A stretch of 62,896 bases of DNA from Candidatus Eiseniibacteriota bacterium (GTDB taxonomy: Bacteria; Eisenbacteria; RBG-16-71-46; CAZEPH01), in contig JBGATO010000017.1 of NCBI GenBank assembly GCA_044229145.1, positions 1 to 62,896 on the forward strand, read 5' to 3'. The notes under the pieces were generated by a model. That model saw only the letters and a program-made list of their open reading frames with translations. It ran no database searches and was not told where the DNA came from. How positions within the stretch are numbered: position 1 is the first letter of the stretch; each line of letters starts with the position of its first letter. Position numbers and translations under genes: made by a program. Of this stretch, positions 1 through 9,042 are shown one piece after another.

Positions 1-371
1 AGCACGCCGATCCGCCCGCTGCGCGAGCGGCTCGCCGCCGCGCGCACCGCCGCGTCGATCATGCCGACGATCGGCATCTCGAAGCGCTGGCGCAGCACGT
101 CGAGCGACGTCGCCGACGCCGTGTTGCACGCGACGACCAGCATCTTGATGCCGTGCTGCGCGAGGAAGAGCGTGTTCTCGACACTGAAGCGCGCGATGGT
201 CGACGGCGATTTCGACCCGTACGGCACGCGCGCCGTGTCGCCGAAGTAGACGAAGCGCTCATGCGGCAGCGCGTCGAGCAGGGCGCTCACCACGGTGAGG
301 CCGCCGATGCCGCTGTCCCACACTCCGATCGGCGCGCGGGGGTCGCGCGAGCCGGCTCCGGCGCTGCTCAT
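1..371 (-). CDS. murI: Glutamate racemase (3' end runs off the window)
   Basis: Manual translation from ATG 371 with GGAGG RBS: PIGVWDSGIGGLTV...YFGDTARVPYGSKS...VVACNTASA, the MurI motifs. Confidence 0.95.
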   Translation of the reverse strand, partial: MSSAGAGSRDPRAPIGVWDSGIGGLTVVSALLDALPHERFVYFGDTARVPYGSKSPSTIARFSVENTLFLAQHGIKMLVVACNTASATSLDVLRQRFEMPIVGMIDAAVRAAASRSRSGRIGV

Positions 372-414
372 CGTTGGGACCTCCGCTGTAACTGGGCGAT
401 GCGCATCGGCGCCG

Positions 415-897
415 CTACTCTCCGCCGCGCTGGCGCGAACGCACCGCGCGGTCGATCTCGCGCTTCGACTCGCGCGCGGCAATCGACTGCCGCTTGTCGT
501 ACGCCTTCTTGCCCCGCCCGACGCCGAGTTCGACCTTGACCAGACCGCGCCGGAAGTACAGGCGCAGCGGAATGAGGGTCAGCCCCGCCTCCTCGATGCG
601 CTGCTGGAGCTTGAGGATCTGCTTGCGATGCAGGAGCAATTTGCGCGGGCGGGTGGGATCGGCGTTGTCGCGAGCCTTGTCGTAGGGACTGACGTGCACG
701 TTGCGCAGTATCATCTCGCCGCGCTCCACCGACGCGTAGGCGTCGGTGAGGTGCACTTTGCCGTCCCGCAATGACTTGACCTCCGGCCCCACCAGCGCGA
801 TTCCCGCCTCGACCGTTTCGAGGATCTCGTACTCGTGTCGGGCTTTGCGGTTGGTGACGATGGTGTGCTGGGCGTCGGCCGATGCGGGGTCAGACAT
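415..897 (-). CDS. smpB: SsrA-binding protein SmpB
   Basis: NRKARHEY, EAGIALVGPEVKSLR, RKLLLHR and GKKAYDKR motifs; start could be 897 or 906. Confidence 0.95.
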   Translation of the reverse strand: MSDPASADAQHTIVTNRKARHEYEILETVEAGIALVGPEVKSLRDGKVHLTDAYASVERGEMILRNVHVSPYDKARDNADPTRPRKLLLHRKQILKLQQRIEEAGLTLIPLRLYFRRGLVKVELGVGRGKKAYDKRQSIAARESKREIDRAVRSRQRGGE

Positions 898-954
898 GCC
901 GGGCATGGTGCGGCAAATCGGCGGCCGGCGCAACGGCCGCCGTGCAGGTCGCGG

Positions 955-983
955 TTGACAGTGCCGGGCCTCGCCCGTAAAAT
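955..983 (+). promoter_or_regulatory. Sigma70-type promoter of tRNA-Leu
   Basis: TTGACA-17 bp-TAAAAT, 21 nt upstream of the tRNA. Confidence 0.8.
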
Positions 984-1004
984 GCGCGACTCACCATCCG
1001 ATGT

Positions 1005-1091
1005 GCGGAAGTGGCGAAACTGGCAGACGCGCTGGGTTCAGGGTCCAGTGGGCGCAAGCTCGTGGGGGTTCAAATCCCCCCTTCCGCACCA
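1005..1091 (+). tRNA. tRNA-Leu(CAG)
   Basis: GCGGAAG/CTTCCGC acceptor stem plus ACCA, anticodon arm CTGGG-TTCAGGG-TCCAG, long variable arm, GTTCAAATC T-loop. Confidence 0.95.
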
Positions 1092-1113
1092 TCATCCCGC
1101 TTCCACCCGCCTG

Positions 1114-1434
1114 CTAGCGCCGCCGCACGATCAGACTTATCCCGCCGACGATCAGCGCCACCGGCCACAGCCGGCCGACCACGTGCCACGATACGTAACC
1201 CAACTGCACCGCCTGGAACACTCCACCGAGCACGATCAGCGTCACGGCTCCACCCCGCGTCCCGCGCCCCTCGAGCAACTGGACGAGCCCGAGCCCCACC
1301 AGCATCAGGGGCCAATACGTCCGGATCGCGTCCCCCAATTCGATCCGGCCCAGTTGTGCGAGCAGGAACAGCACGCCGACGGCGATGAGCAGGACTCCCG
1401 AAAGCGCCGAGCGCGGCGCGCGCCGTGTCGTCAC
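1114..1434 (-). CDS. LiaF/DUF5668-like small membrane protein
   Basis: GTG start with GGAGG RBS; four hydrophobic helices with two repeated WP-x-x-L-x-x-x-G motifs. Confidence 0.7.
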   Translation of the reverse strand: MTTRRAPRSALSGVLLIAVGVLFLLAQLGRIELGDAIRTYWPLMLVGLGLVQLLEGRGTRGGAVTLIVLGGVFQAVQLGYVSWHVVGRLWPVALIVGGISLIVRRR

Positions 1435-1522
1435 GAGTCGAACCCTCCGAATCGCGGGGCGGGGCTGCGGACGGGCCGCCCACCCTGCGGCGATGCCGAG
1501 CGACGAGCGGCCCTCCACGGCG

Positions 1523-2194
1523 CTAGCTTCCCGCCGCGGCGGACGCCGGGCCCGCCACCGCACTATACAGCGCCTTGATCTTCCCCCACGTCGACGGCAA
1601 CGCGGGCGTTCCACAGAGCGCGTTGCTGGCGCCCGGCGATGGCGCGCAGTTCGTGGCGTGCTCGCTGCCACCACTCGTGTACGGGTTCAGCAGGTCGAAT
1701 AGCACCCACTCGCCTGTGCCATCCGGCTGGCGTCCCACCGACCGCTCCGAGGCACCCTGCGCGCTGTTGTAGACGCGGCTGTCGCACAGAATCGTGTCGC
1801 CCGGCGCGACGATCTTCCACAACTCCACGGTGTCACCCGTGTTGTTGAGGCTGAGGCCGTCCGCCGCCTGCCCGAACGCTTTCTCCCATGCGTACGCGTC
1901 GCCGCCGTACACGACCCGCACCGCGTGCGGCTCCAGAGTGCCGGTGAAGCGATAGCGCGTCTTGTGCGTGCCATCACGCACCAGCAAGCTGTCCATCGCG
2001 AGCGGCGCCTCGCCGTAGTTGACGATCTCCAGCCACTCGTCGTCACGCGAACTGAGGGTGCCGTTGTGATCCCAGTCGCTGGCCGGCGCCGCGAGGATTT
2101 CATTGAGCGCGAACTGCGCGTGCGCCGGCGGTGCGGCGCCTCCCATCGTCATCGCCACCGCGCACACGGCGGCGAACCACATGCCACGTTGCAT
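1523..2194 (-). CDS. Secreted lamin-tail-domain protein with TWGKIK C-terminal motif
   Basis: Signal peptide (AHA/Q), LNEILA...DEWLEIVN, LNNTGDTVEL, S-x-GR-x-PDG, PSPG lamin-tail motifs, then PSTWGKIKALY. Confidence 0.8.
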   Translation of the reverse strand: MQRGMWFAAVCAVAMTMGGAAPPAHAQFALNEILAAPASDWDHNGTLSSRDDEWLEIVNYGEAPLAMDSLLVRDGTHKTRYRFTGTLEPHAVRVVYGGDAYAWEKAFGQAADGLSLNNTGDTVELWKIVAPGDTILCDSRVYNSAQGASERSVGRQPDGTGEWVLFDLLNPYTSGGSEHATNCAPSPGASNALCGTPALPSTWGKIKALYSAVAGPASAAAGS

Positions 2195-2276
2195 CGTGTC
2201 CCTTCCTCCCTCTCACATCCACCCGTGATGCCCGTGGTGCTCCGCGCGACGCCCCGGCGCCGCGCGGTGATGCGTG

Positions 2277-3251
2277 CTACAGCAAGTCGTCCCGGACGAT
2301 CTGCGTGCCGGCACGACCCTCCATCGCCTCGAGGATCTTCTCGGGCGTGGTGATGAGGACGCGTTCGCCGCCGTGCTCCAGGAACGAGATCGCAGCTTCC
2401 ATCTTCGGCCCCATGCGGCCCGGCGGGAAATGTCCCTCGGCGTGAGAGCGCGCGATCTCGGAGAGCCCGACGCTCCCGAGAGCACGCTGCTGCGGCGTAC
2501 CGAAGTGCACCGCGACCTGTTCGACACCGGTGATCAACGCCAGCGTCGGAATGCCGAGCAACTGCGCCATCGTCGCCGCGGTGTGATCCTTGTCGATCAC
2601 GGCCTCGACGCCGTGGAACTTGCCGTCGTCGCCGCAGACCACCGGAATGCCACCACCGCCACCCGCGATCACCACGGCGCCCTCGTCCACCAGCGCGCGG
2701 ATGAGCGGTGCTTCGAGCACCTGGCGCGGCTTGGGCGACGGCACGACGCGACGAAAGCCGCGATTGGCATCGTTGGTGATGTGCCAGCCGTGCTGCTCGC
2801 GCATCTGATCCGCCTGTGTCTTCGAGAAGAACGGGCCGATCGGCTTGGTGGGATGCGTGAACGCCGGATCGTGCGGATCCACCTCGACTTGTGTGATCAC
2901 GGTGGCGACATGCTGCCCGAGGCCGCGGGCGCGCAAGGCGTTGAGCAGCGATTGCTGCAGCATGTAGCCGATGCCGCCCTGGCTGTCCGCACCGCAGATG
3001 TCGAGCGTCATCGGGGGCAGCAGGTCGCGCGTCATCTCGTTGCGCAGCAGGATATTGCCGACCACCGGCCCGTTCCCGTGGGTGAGCACGAGTTGCAGAC
3101 CGGCCTTCACCAAGTCCGCCACCTGCCCCATCGACAGTTCTGCCACGCCCCACTGCGCCCGCGCGGTGGCTTCACCCTTCTCCGGAATGATCGCGTTCCC
3201 GCCCAGGGCGAGGAGGAGCGCGCGGTCCCTGCGGACCGCCGATGCTGCCAT
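2277..3251 (-). CDS. arcC: Carbamate kinase
   Basis: ALGGNA, THGNGPVVG, PTKPIGPF, RRVVPSP, GGGGIPV, GVEAVIDKD, MGPKMEAA. Confidence 0.95.
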   Translation of the reverse strand: MAASAVRRDRALLLALGGNAIIPEKGEATARAQWGVAELSMGQVADLVKAGLQLVLTHGNGPVVGNILLRNEMTRDLLPPMTLDICGADSQGGIGYMLQQSLLNALRARGLGQHVATVITQVEVDPHDPAFTHPTKPIGPFFSKTQADQMREQHGWHITNDANRGFRRVVPSPKPRQVLEAPLIRALVDEGAVVIAGGGGGIPVVCGDDGKFHGVEAVIDKDHTAATMAQLLGIPTLALITGVEQVAVHFGTPQQRALGSVGLSEIARSHAEGHFPPGRMGPKMEAAISFLEHGGERVLITTPEKILEAMEGRAGTQIVRDDLL

Positions 3252-3266
3252 GTCGTGCCTCTTTCT

Positions 3267-4439
3267 CTAAGTCCGCGCCCCGGCCAGCGTGTCACCGATG
3301 CGCTTCACGCCCTCGGCGAGTAGCTCGCGCGAGGTCGCGTAGGACAATCGCAGATAGCCTTCGCCGTAGCTACCGAACGCCGTGCCGCTGAGGACCGCGG
3401 CGCCGCCCTCCTGCAGCAGCCGATCGGCGATGACCTGCGACCGCTCGCCGAAGCTCTTCACGCTCGGGAACACGTAGAACGCACCGGTCGGCATCCTGCA
3501 CGTCACACCGGGAATCGCATTGAGCCCGGCGACCACGAGATCGCGGCGCGCCTTGAACTCGGCCACCATCGCCTCGGCGGCATCCTGCGGTCCGTCGAGC
3601 GCCGCGATCGCCGCGCGCTGTGCGAACGACGCGGTGCACGAGTTCGAGTTGGTCATCAATCGGGCCATGTGCTTGGCGAGGTCCGGGTTCATCACGCCGA
3701 ACCCGAGACGCCACCCGGTCATCGCGTACGTCTTCGACCAGCCGTCGAGAATGATCGTGCGCTCGCGCATCCCCGGCAGCGACGCGATGCTGTGGTGCTC
3801 GAGTCCATCGTAGAGGATGCGCGAGTAGATCTCGTCGGAGAGCACGAAGATGTCCGTGCCATCGAGCCGCGCCGCGAGGGTTTCGAGGTCCTGGCGGGGA
3901 ATCGTACTGCCGCACGGATTGTTCGGCGAATTGAGGATGATCAACTTCGTGCGCGGCGTGATGAGACCGAGCACTTCCTGGATGTCGAGCCGGAAGTCGT
4001 TCTCCTCGCGCAACGGTGACGGCACCGGCACACCACCGAAGTAGCGCACGACCGATTCGTAGATCGGGAAGCCCGGGTTCGGATAGATCACCTCGTCGCC
4101 GGGATTCATGCACGCCAGCATCGCGTAGAACATGATGGGCTTGCCGCCCGGCGTGATCACGACTTCGTCCGGGGTGACTGCGATCCCTCGCGTGCGCGAC
4201 ACGTACCGTGCCACCGCGTCACGCGCCTCCGGCAAGCCAGCCGACGGGCCGTAGTGCGTCCAGCCGCCCCGCAATGCGCTCACCGCCTCGTCGATGACGT
4301 GCTGCGGCGTATCGAAGTCGGGCTCGCCGATCTCGAGGTGCACGACATTGCGTCCCTGCGCTTCGAGCGCGCGGGCGCGCACCAGCACTTCGAACGCCGT
4401 CTCCGTTCCGAGGTTCGCCATCCGGTCTGCGTACCGCAT
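3267..4439 (-). CDS. PLP-dependent class I/II aminotransferase (aspartate aminotransferase-like)
   Basis: IGEPDFDTP, NSPNNPCG, SDEIY, SKTYAMTGWRLG. Confidence 0.93.
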   Translation of the reverse strand: MRYADRMANLGTETAFEVLVRARALEAQGRNVVHLEIGEPDFDTPQHVIDEAVSALRGGWTHYGPSAGLPEARDAVARYVSRTRGIAVTPDEVVITPGGKPIMFYAMLACMNPGDEVIYPNPGFPIYESVVRYFGGVPVPSPLREENDFRLDIQEVLGLITPRTKLIILNSPNNPCGSTIPRQDLETLAARLDGTDIFVLSDEIYSRILYDGLEHHSIASLPGMRERTIILDGWSKTYAMTGWRLGFGVMNPDLAKHMARLMTNSNSCTASFAQRAAIAALDGPQDAAEAMVAEFKARRDLVVAGLNAIPGVTCRMPTGAFYVFPSVKSFGERSQVIADRLLQEGGAAVLSGTAFGSYGEGYLRLSYATSRELLAEGVKRIGDTLAGART

Positions 4440-4494
4440 TCTGCCGTTCCTTTCTCTGCGCGCCGCGGTCGAGTCCGGGCGCTGAAGCCTCGCC

Positions 4495-4923
4495 TTACGC
4501 GTCGGGGAAAGAAATGCCCATCAGACCGCTCTCCGGCTCGAGACTCTTGCGCACCGCGATCGGAATGCGGGTGAGCAGAATCTCGTTGGTGACCCACGCG
4601 GTGCCCCGCATCAGATGGCCACCGCGCAGCACCTTGTCCGGACCTGCGAGAGAGACGTGCAGGTGAGGGTACACCTGGTCGTCTTGCAGGACGATGTTGC
4701 CGGCGACGTTCACCAGTTCCATCGGATCGGGGAAGGCCGTCGTCTGGTACTGCCCGTTGCCGACGAAGAACGCGAGTTCGGTGTCGCGCAGCATGCCGAG
4801 GCCGCTGACCACTCCGAGGTGGTGGGCCCCGAGGTCGCGGGCGACCGCGGTGAGCGACCCGAGCAGCTCGTCTCCGGGATGGAGGCGCACGAAGACAAGG
4901 TTGTCGGCGGAACGAAAGATCAT
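4495..4923 (-). CDS. PPC/DUF296 domain protein
   Basis: VRLHPGDEL, ELVNVAGNI, HLHVSL, GGHL motifs. Confidence 0.85.
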   Translation of the reverse strand: MIFRSADNLVFVRLHPGDELLGSLTAVARDLGAHHLGVVSGLGMLRDTELAFFVGNGQYQTTAFPDPMELVNVAGNIVLQDDQVYPHLHVSLAGPDKVLRGGHLMRGTAWVTNEILLTRIPIAVRKSLEPESGLMGISFPDA

Positions 4924-5025
4924 CGAGGAACCCTCACGCCAAGGGCCAGCGCGACCGCCGGCCGAATGGAATTGTCGCGGAGGCGCCACCGCAGGGGCAG
5001 TGCCGCCGCACTATAGCACAGGCAT

Positions 5026-6600
5026 TCACGCACGGCGGGGCCACCCCAGGCGCACCCGGCACCACCACCGAGGGCCCTCTTGCGGAGCCGTCGCCCGTCC
5101 AACCGCCACGCCGGTTTCGTGCCCGCCCTCGCGGACTTCTGCCATGAGGTCGAGCCCGTCTCCGCGCAGCGGCGTCCCAGTCGACCCGAGCGGCCACGCC
5201 GGTGCGGTGGTGCGGCGGACCGCGCCGTGCGCGATGGCGTGCAGCACGGCGATCCGCCGAGGCCCGGCCGCGCGCGCGACCCGCCATCCTGCGCACCAGG
5301 CCGTTCCCGCCCCGCACGAGAGGACGACCGCGACTGCCGGGCCCCGCGCGTGCAACTGTCCCCGCAGGGTAGCCTGTACCCGCGGAGTCGCAGATGCGAC
5401 ATCCGCGTGGCGCGTGCTCCGAATCTCGACGCGTGCATTCCAGGGCTCATCCACGGATCGATCGGCGATGCGCGCGATCTCGAGCGCACCCACCAACCGC
5501 GCGCTTGGTCGCAGGGCACTGGCTGCCGGGGCGCGCAATTCGTCACTGACGGTGGCCACGCCTTCCCAGCTGTCACCCGCAGCCGCGTGAACGTCGAGTG
5601 CCAGGCGCGCCAGGCGGCGATTGGCTCCGGACGCAGCGGACCGCAGCAGGGCGGACTCGATGCTGGCCCCCCAGCGCAGGCCGGCTCGGGGATCGCCGGA
5701 CGCCGCGCGCGCGTGCACGCGCGGCGCATCATCCCACCACGCCGCGAGGTCGAGATCGGCCGCCGGTCTCGCATTGCGTGCCTGAAACGCTGGCGTCACG
5801 CGGACGTGACCATCCCGCGCCAGGGTCACTGCCACGGCGGATCGCATCCCCTGTGGAGAACCCCAGCCGATTCCCGCCGCGGCTCGCGGGCGCATCGGGA
5901 CGGCCGGCTCCACATCGGCACTATCGAGGGCGCCTGGTGCGAGATCCTCCGAGGAGTCCGATGACTCGCCCGCAGCGTCGTACCATACCAGCGCGCCATG
6001 TGCCGACCCGGCGCGGGCCTCGACGACCGCACGCATCCCTGGCGCGCGCATCAGTGCCGCACGCAGCAGGGCCGCCGTACTGCCCGCCTCGACGATCCGG
6101 ACGGCCGCACGTGCCGTCGCAGCGGTCTCTGTCGTCACCGACCATGCGGGCGTGCGCCACACGATGACACCGCTGGTTCGCGTCGCGGTCCGCCGCAGGT
6201 CGATCGACAACACGGAATGGGGACGCACCGGCTCGTCGTAGCGAATCCGCGTGCGGGTGGTGCTCCAGGCACCCGCCGACTGCTGGACGATGGCGGCGTC
6301 CAGCGTGAAAGACGTCCGCGGCCCTGCCGGCACGACGTGAAGCGCGCGTCTCCAGCGGTCCCAGATCTCGGCGGTGACGCCCGGGACGCGCGTACGGAGA
6401 TCGTCTTCGTCGCGGAACGGTCCGCGGGCGGCTCGCTCTTCCACGATGGCCGCGGCGAATATGTCCCCCACGAACGGCATGCGAGCAAGATCGTCCTCCG
6501 CGATGCGATTCAGGTCGACCCACGCGTCGGCTCGTCGCGCGGTCGCGGCGAATGCCAGCGCGAGCGTCCCGCACCAGCCGATTCCCACGCGGCGCGTCAT
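5026..6600 (-). CDS. Secreted helix-hairpin-helix (ComEA-like) protein with beta-rich C-terminal region
   Basis: Signal peptide; VDLNRIAEDDLARMPFVGDIFAAAIVEERAARGPFRDEDDL is HhH_3-like; ATGA overlap with the upstream gene. Confidence 0.65.
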   Translation of the reverse strand: MTRRVGIGWCGTLALAFAATARRADAWVDLNRIAEDDLARMPFVGDIFAAAIVEERAARGPFRDEDDLRTRVPGVTAEIWDRWRRALHVVPAGPRTSFTLDAAIVQQSAGAWSTTRTRIRYDEPVRPHSVLSIDLRRTATRTSGVIVWRTPAWSVTTETAATARAAVRIVEAGSTAALLRAALMRAPGMRAVVEARAGSAHGALVWYDAAGESSDSSEDLAPGALDSADVEPAVPMRPRAAAGIGWGSPQGMRSAVAVTLARDGHVRVTPAFQARNARPAADLDLAAWWDDAPRVHARAASGDPRAGLRWGASIESALLRSAASGANRRLARLALDVHAAAGDSWEGVATVSDELRAPAASALRPSARLVGALEIARIADRSVDEPWNARVEIRSTRHADVASATPRVQATLRGQLHARGPAVAVVLSCGAGTAWCAGWRVARAAGPRRIAVLHAIAHGAVRRTTAPAWPLGSTGTPLRGDGLDLMAEVREGGHETGVAVGRATAPQEGPRWWCRVRLGWPRRA

Positions 6601-7364
6601 AGCGTGATCCAGGAACACGTCGCCCGCGTGCCACCGCCAACGGCGGCACCGACGATACGTTCACAGGACAGGCGCATCCGGCCACGCCCCCACTCCACAC
6701 CGAGCGACCAGGTGCCGGGGTTCGTGGAGCCCGCCGTGCGCAGCGTGCAGCGTTCGCCGCACGGCACTTCGGCCGCTGCGATTCCAGACCACACGTGATC
6801 GCGGGCGAACACACGCGCCTCGACCGCCAGCCGTGCCGAGCCCGGCGCACCCCACCAGAGCCCGCTCCCGAGGCCGGCACGCTCGTCGATGGCGCTCGCG
6901 GCGCCGGCAACGCGACACCACCCACCTTCCGTCCCCGACGCATCCCGGAATGCGACGCCAGCCTCCCAGGCCGGAGCAGAGCCCCAGACGGCGGAGCCGA
7001 CCACGGTCCGGGCACCCCCGACACTCAGCGCGCACACAAGGCGAGGCGCGACCGCCAGGGCGGACGCGACCCGGAACGCGGACTCGCGGCCGGCCGCCGC
7101 GGCGATGGTCGACAGCGCCACGTCCGCGGCGAACCGTGCCTGCACCCGGCGCGCCACACCTGTCATCGCGTGGAGATCCGCGATCGCATCCACGCGTCCG
7201 AGAGCGACATCCAGGCGTGTCTGCGACCCGCCGCCGACCTGGCCGAGCGGATCCGCCAAGATGCTCGCGCTCCACGGCGACCACGGCAGGTCACGTCCAG
7301 CGGCCGAACTCGCGAGGCAGGTCATCGCGACGAGCGCCACGCCGACACCAAGCCACGGCCTCAC
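6597..7364 (-). CDS. Hypothetical secreted protein, possible outer-membrane beta-barrel
   Basis: GTG start overlapping the upstream stop; signal peptide; alternating strands (WSLGVEW, TRATCSWITL at the C-terminus). Confidence 0.5.
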   Translation of the reverse strand: MRPWLGVGVALVAMTCLASSAAGRDLPWSPWSASILADPLGQVGGGSQTRLDVALGRVDAIADLHAMTGVARRVQARFAADVALSTIAAAAGRESAFRVASALAVAPRLVCALSVGGARTVVGSAVWGSAPAWEAGVAFRDASGTEGGWCRVAGAASAIDERAGLGSGLWWGAPGSARLAVEARVFARDHVWSGIAAAEVPCGERCTLRTAGSTNPGTWSLGVEWGRGRMRLSCERIVGAAVGGGTRATCSWITL

Positions 7365-9013
7365 GGCGTGACCGTCCACGTCACTGCACGCCGCGTCACC
7401 CCGCGGGCGTCCCCCGCACGCACGTCGAGGACGAGGGCGTACATGCCCGGCTCCGCATGCACGGTGTCGCGGGTCAGCGGCACTCGCAGAAGTCCGCGCA
7501 CGTGCGAGTAGCGTGCGAGATCCGCGACGCGGCGACCGCTCAGGGCGCACAAACTGAGCACGGCGTCGCAGGCGACATCACCAAGATCGATCACAGCTGC
7601 CGGCACTCCCGCAGCCTCGACCCGCAGGTGCGGAGGACGGGTAATCGCGGACGGCGCCGCACTATTGACGATCCCCGGCGTGCCGCCCCTCGCGTCGACG
7701 CTCCATTGCCAGGCCAGGGGGTCGTCCGGGGAGCGCCCGCGATCGAACCGTTCGAGCGCGCGGCCACTCGCGCCGTGCACGAGGCCGAATGGCGCCCAGT
7801 CCGCGACCGCGCCCGACGACTCGAGCAGCGCACACGCGGCCGCCGCATCCCCGACGCGCAACGGCAAACGAGGAAACGTCGCGCCGACGTCCACGCACGT
7901 CGAAGGCTCCAGCTCCGGAAATGCCGTCGCGAGTGCGGCGCACGACCCGCACACCACCACGCGCGCGCGCGGCGCAACCGCGCGTGCCGGCAACGCGACG
8001 CGCTCGCCATGAGGCCCGAGCAGCGTGAGTGACTCCAAGCGCTGGAATTCGGGCGACGTATTCAAGACCTCGATCCACTCCGGTTCGCCAGCATGCGGCG
8101 AGGCCATGATCTCATCGACGCACCAGGCCCCCGCGCCAACTCGCACCGAGGCATCGCAGGCCAACGAGTCGCCGCTCGCGTTGCGCATCACGCCGTGCAC
8201 GCCCCAGACTCCGGCGATCTCGGGTGTCCACGCGCAGGCCACGTCCGTCGTCTCCTGCGCGGCGAGAAGGCTCGGCAGCGTCGCCGGCAACCGCACGGGG
8301 TCGCCACCGCGCGGTCCACGCACCTCGACGACGAATGTCGAACCCTCCGTGCGTATGTCGTCGGGACCGACCACGCCGAGGCGAAAGACGAGCCTCGCCG
8401 CGCGCCCCGGCCATGGCAGCAAGGGAACGCTGTTCACAGGTGTCGCCGCGAAGCGTGCGCCCCGCGTACCGTTGCTGCAGCGCGGGGTGGGCGTGGCGAG
8501 AGCGAGCCAGTCGTGTGCCGTGGATCCGGTGTTTCGCCCATCGGGCACGCGCGCGAGCGCCTCTCCCGTCCCGGGCGCCGCCGCAGGTGCCGCCTCGAAC
8601 AGCGTGGAATCGTCGAGCGCGCCCCAACCCACCACGCTCCACACACGGCGGGCATCGCGCAGGCGCACCGCGCCAGAGGCGTTCGTGAGGTCACTGTCGA
8701 GCGGGCCGTCGGGCGTCACACCGATTGCGGGGTCGCCAAGGATGAAGAACCCGCGCGCCACGCAGACATCGCGCGCGCTGCCTTCCCACGCGCGTACCCA
8801 CCCGCGCCGAGCGCCGTGCCACACTTCGACGACCGCACCGGCGAGGGAGGCGTCCGCTGAGCCTGCATTGTAGAGTTCGACGAATTCGTGTCCCGCATCG
8901 CGCCCGAGGGGATCGGGCACCACTTCGTTCAGGACGACTTGGGCGACGCAGGGCGACGCCGATAGCAACCACACACTCCACCACAGCCCCACCACGCGCG
9001 CGTGCGCTCCCAT
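7361..9013 (-). CDS. Secreted tandem lamin-tail-domain protein with FlgD/CTD-like C-terminus
   Basis: VVLNEVVPDP...EFVELYN, DEIMASP...EWIEVLN, GGTPG; C-terminal LSGRRVADL...PGMYALVL. Confidence 0.75.
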   Translation of the reverse strand: MGAHARVVGLWWSVWLLSASPCVAQVVLNEVVPDPLGRDAGHEFVELYNAGSADASLAGAVVEVWHGARRGWVRAWEGSARDVCVARGFFILGDPAIGVTPDGPLDSDLTNASGAVRLRDARRVWSVVGWGALDDSTLFEAAPAAAPGTGEALARVPDGRNTGSTAHDWLALATPTPRCSNGTRGARFAATPVNSVPLLPWPGRAARLVFRLGVVGPDDIRTEGSTFVVEVRGPRGGDPVRLPATLPSLLAAQETTDVACAWTPEIAGVWGVHGVMRNASGDSLACDASVRVGAGAWCVDEIMASPHAGEPEWIEVLNTSPEFQRLESLTLLGPHGERVALPARAVAPRARVVVCGSCAALATAFPELEPSTCVDVGATFPRLPLRVGDAAAACALLESSGAVADWAPFGLVHGASGRALERFDRGRSPDDPLAWQWSVDARGGTPGIVNSAAPSAITRPPHLRVEAAGVPAAVIDLGDVACDAVLSLCALSGRRVADLARYSHVRGLLRVPLTRDTVHAEPGMYALVLDVRAGDARGVTRRAVTWTVTP

Positions 9014-9042
9014 CCCCACCTCCCACCCCTGGCCGTCCTGCG

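Noticed and set aside
1005..1600. Integrative element at tRNA-Leu
   Set aside because: No integrase, duplicated tRNA 3' end or composition shift seen.
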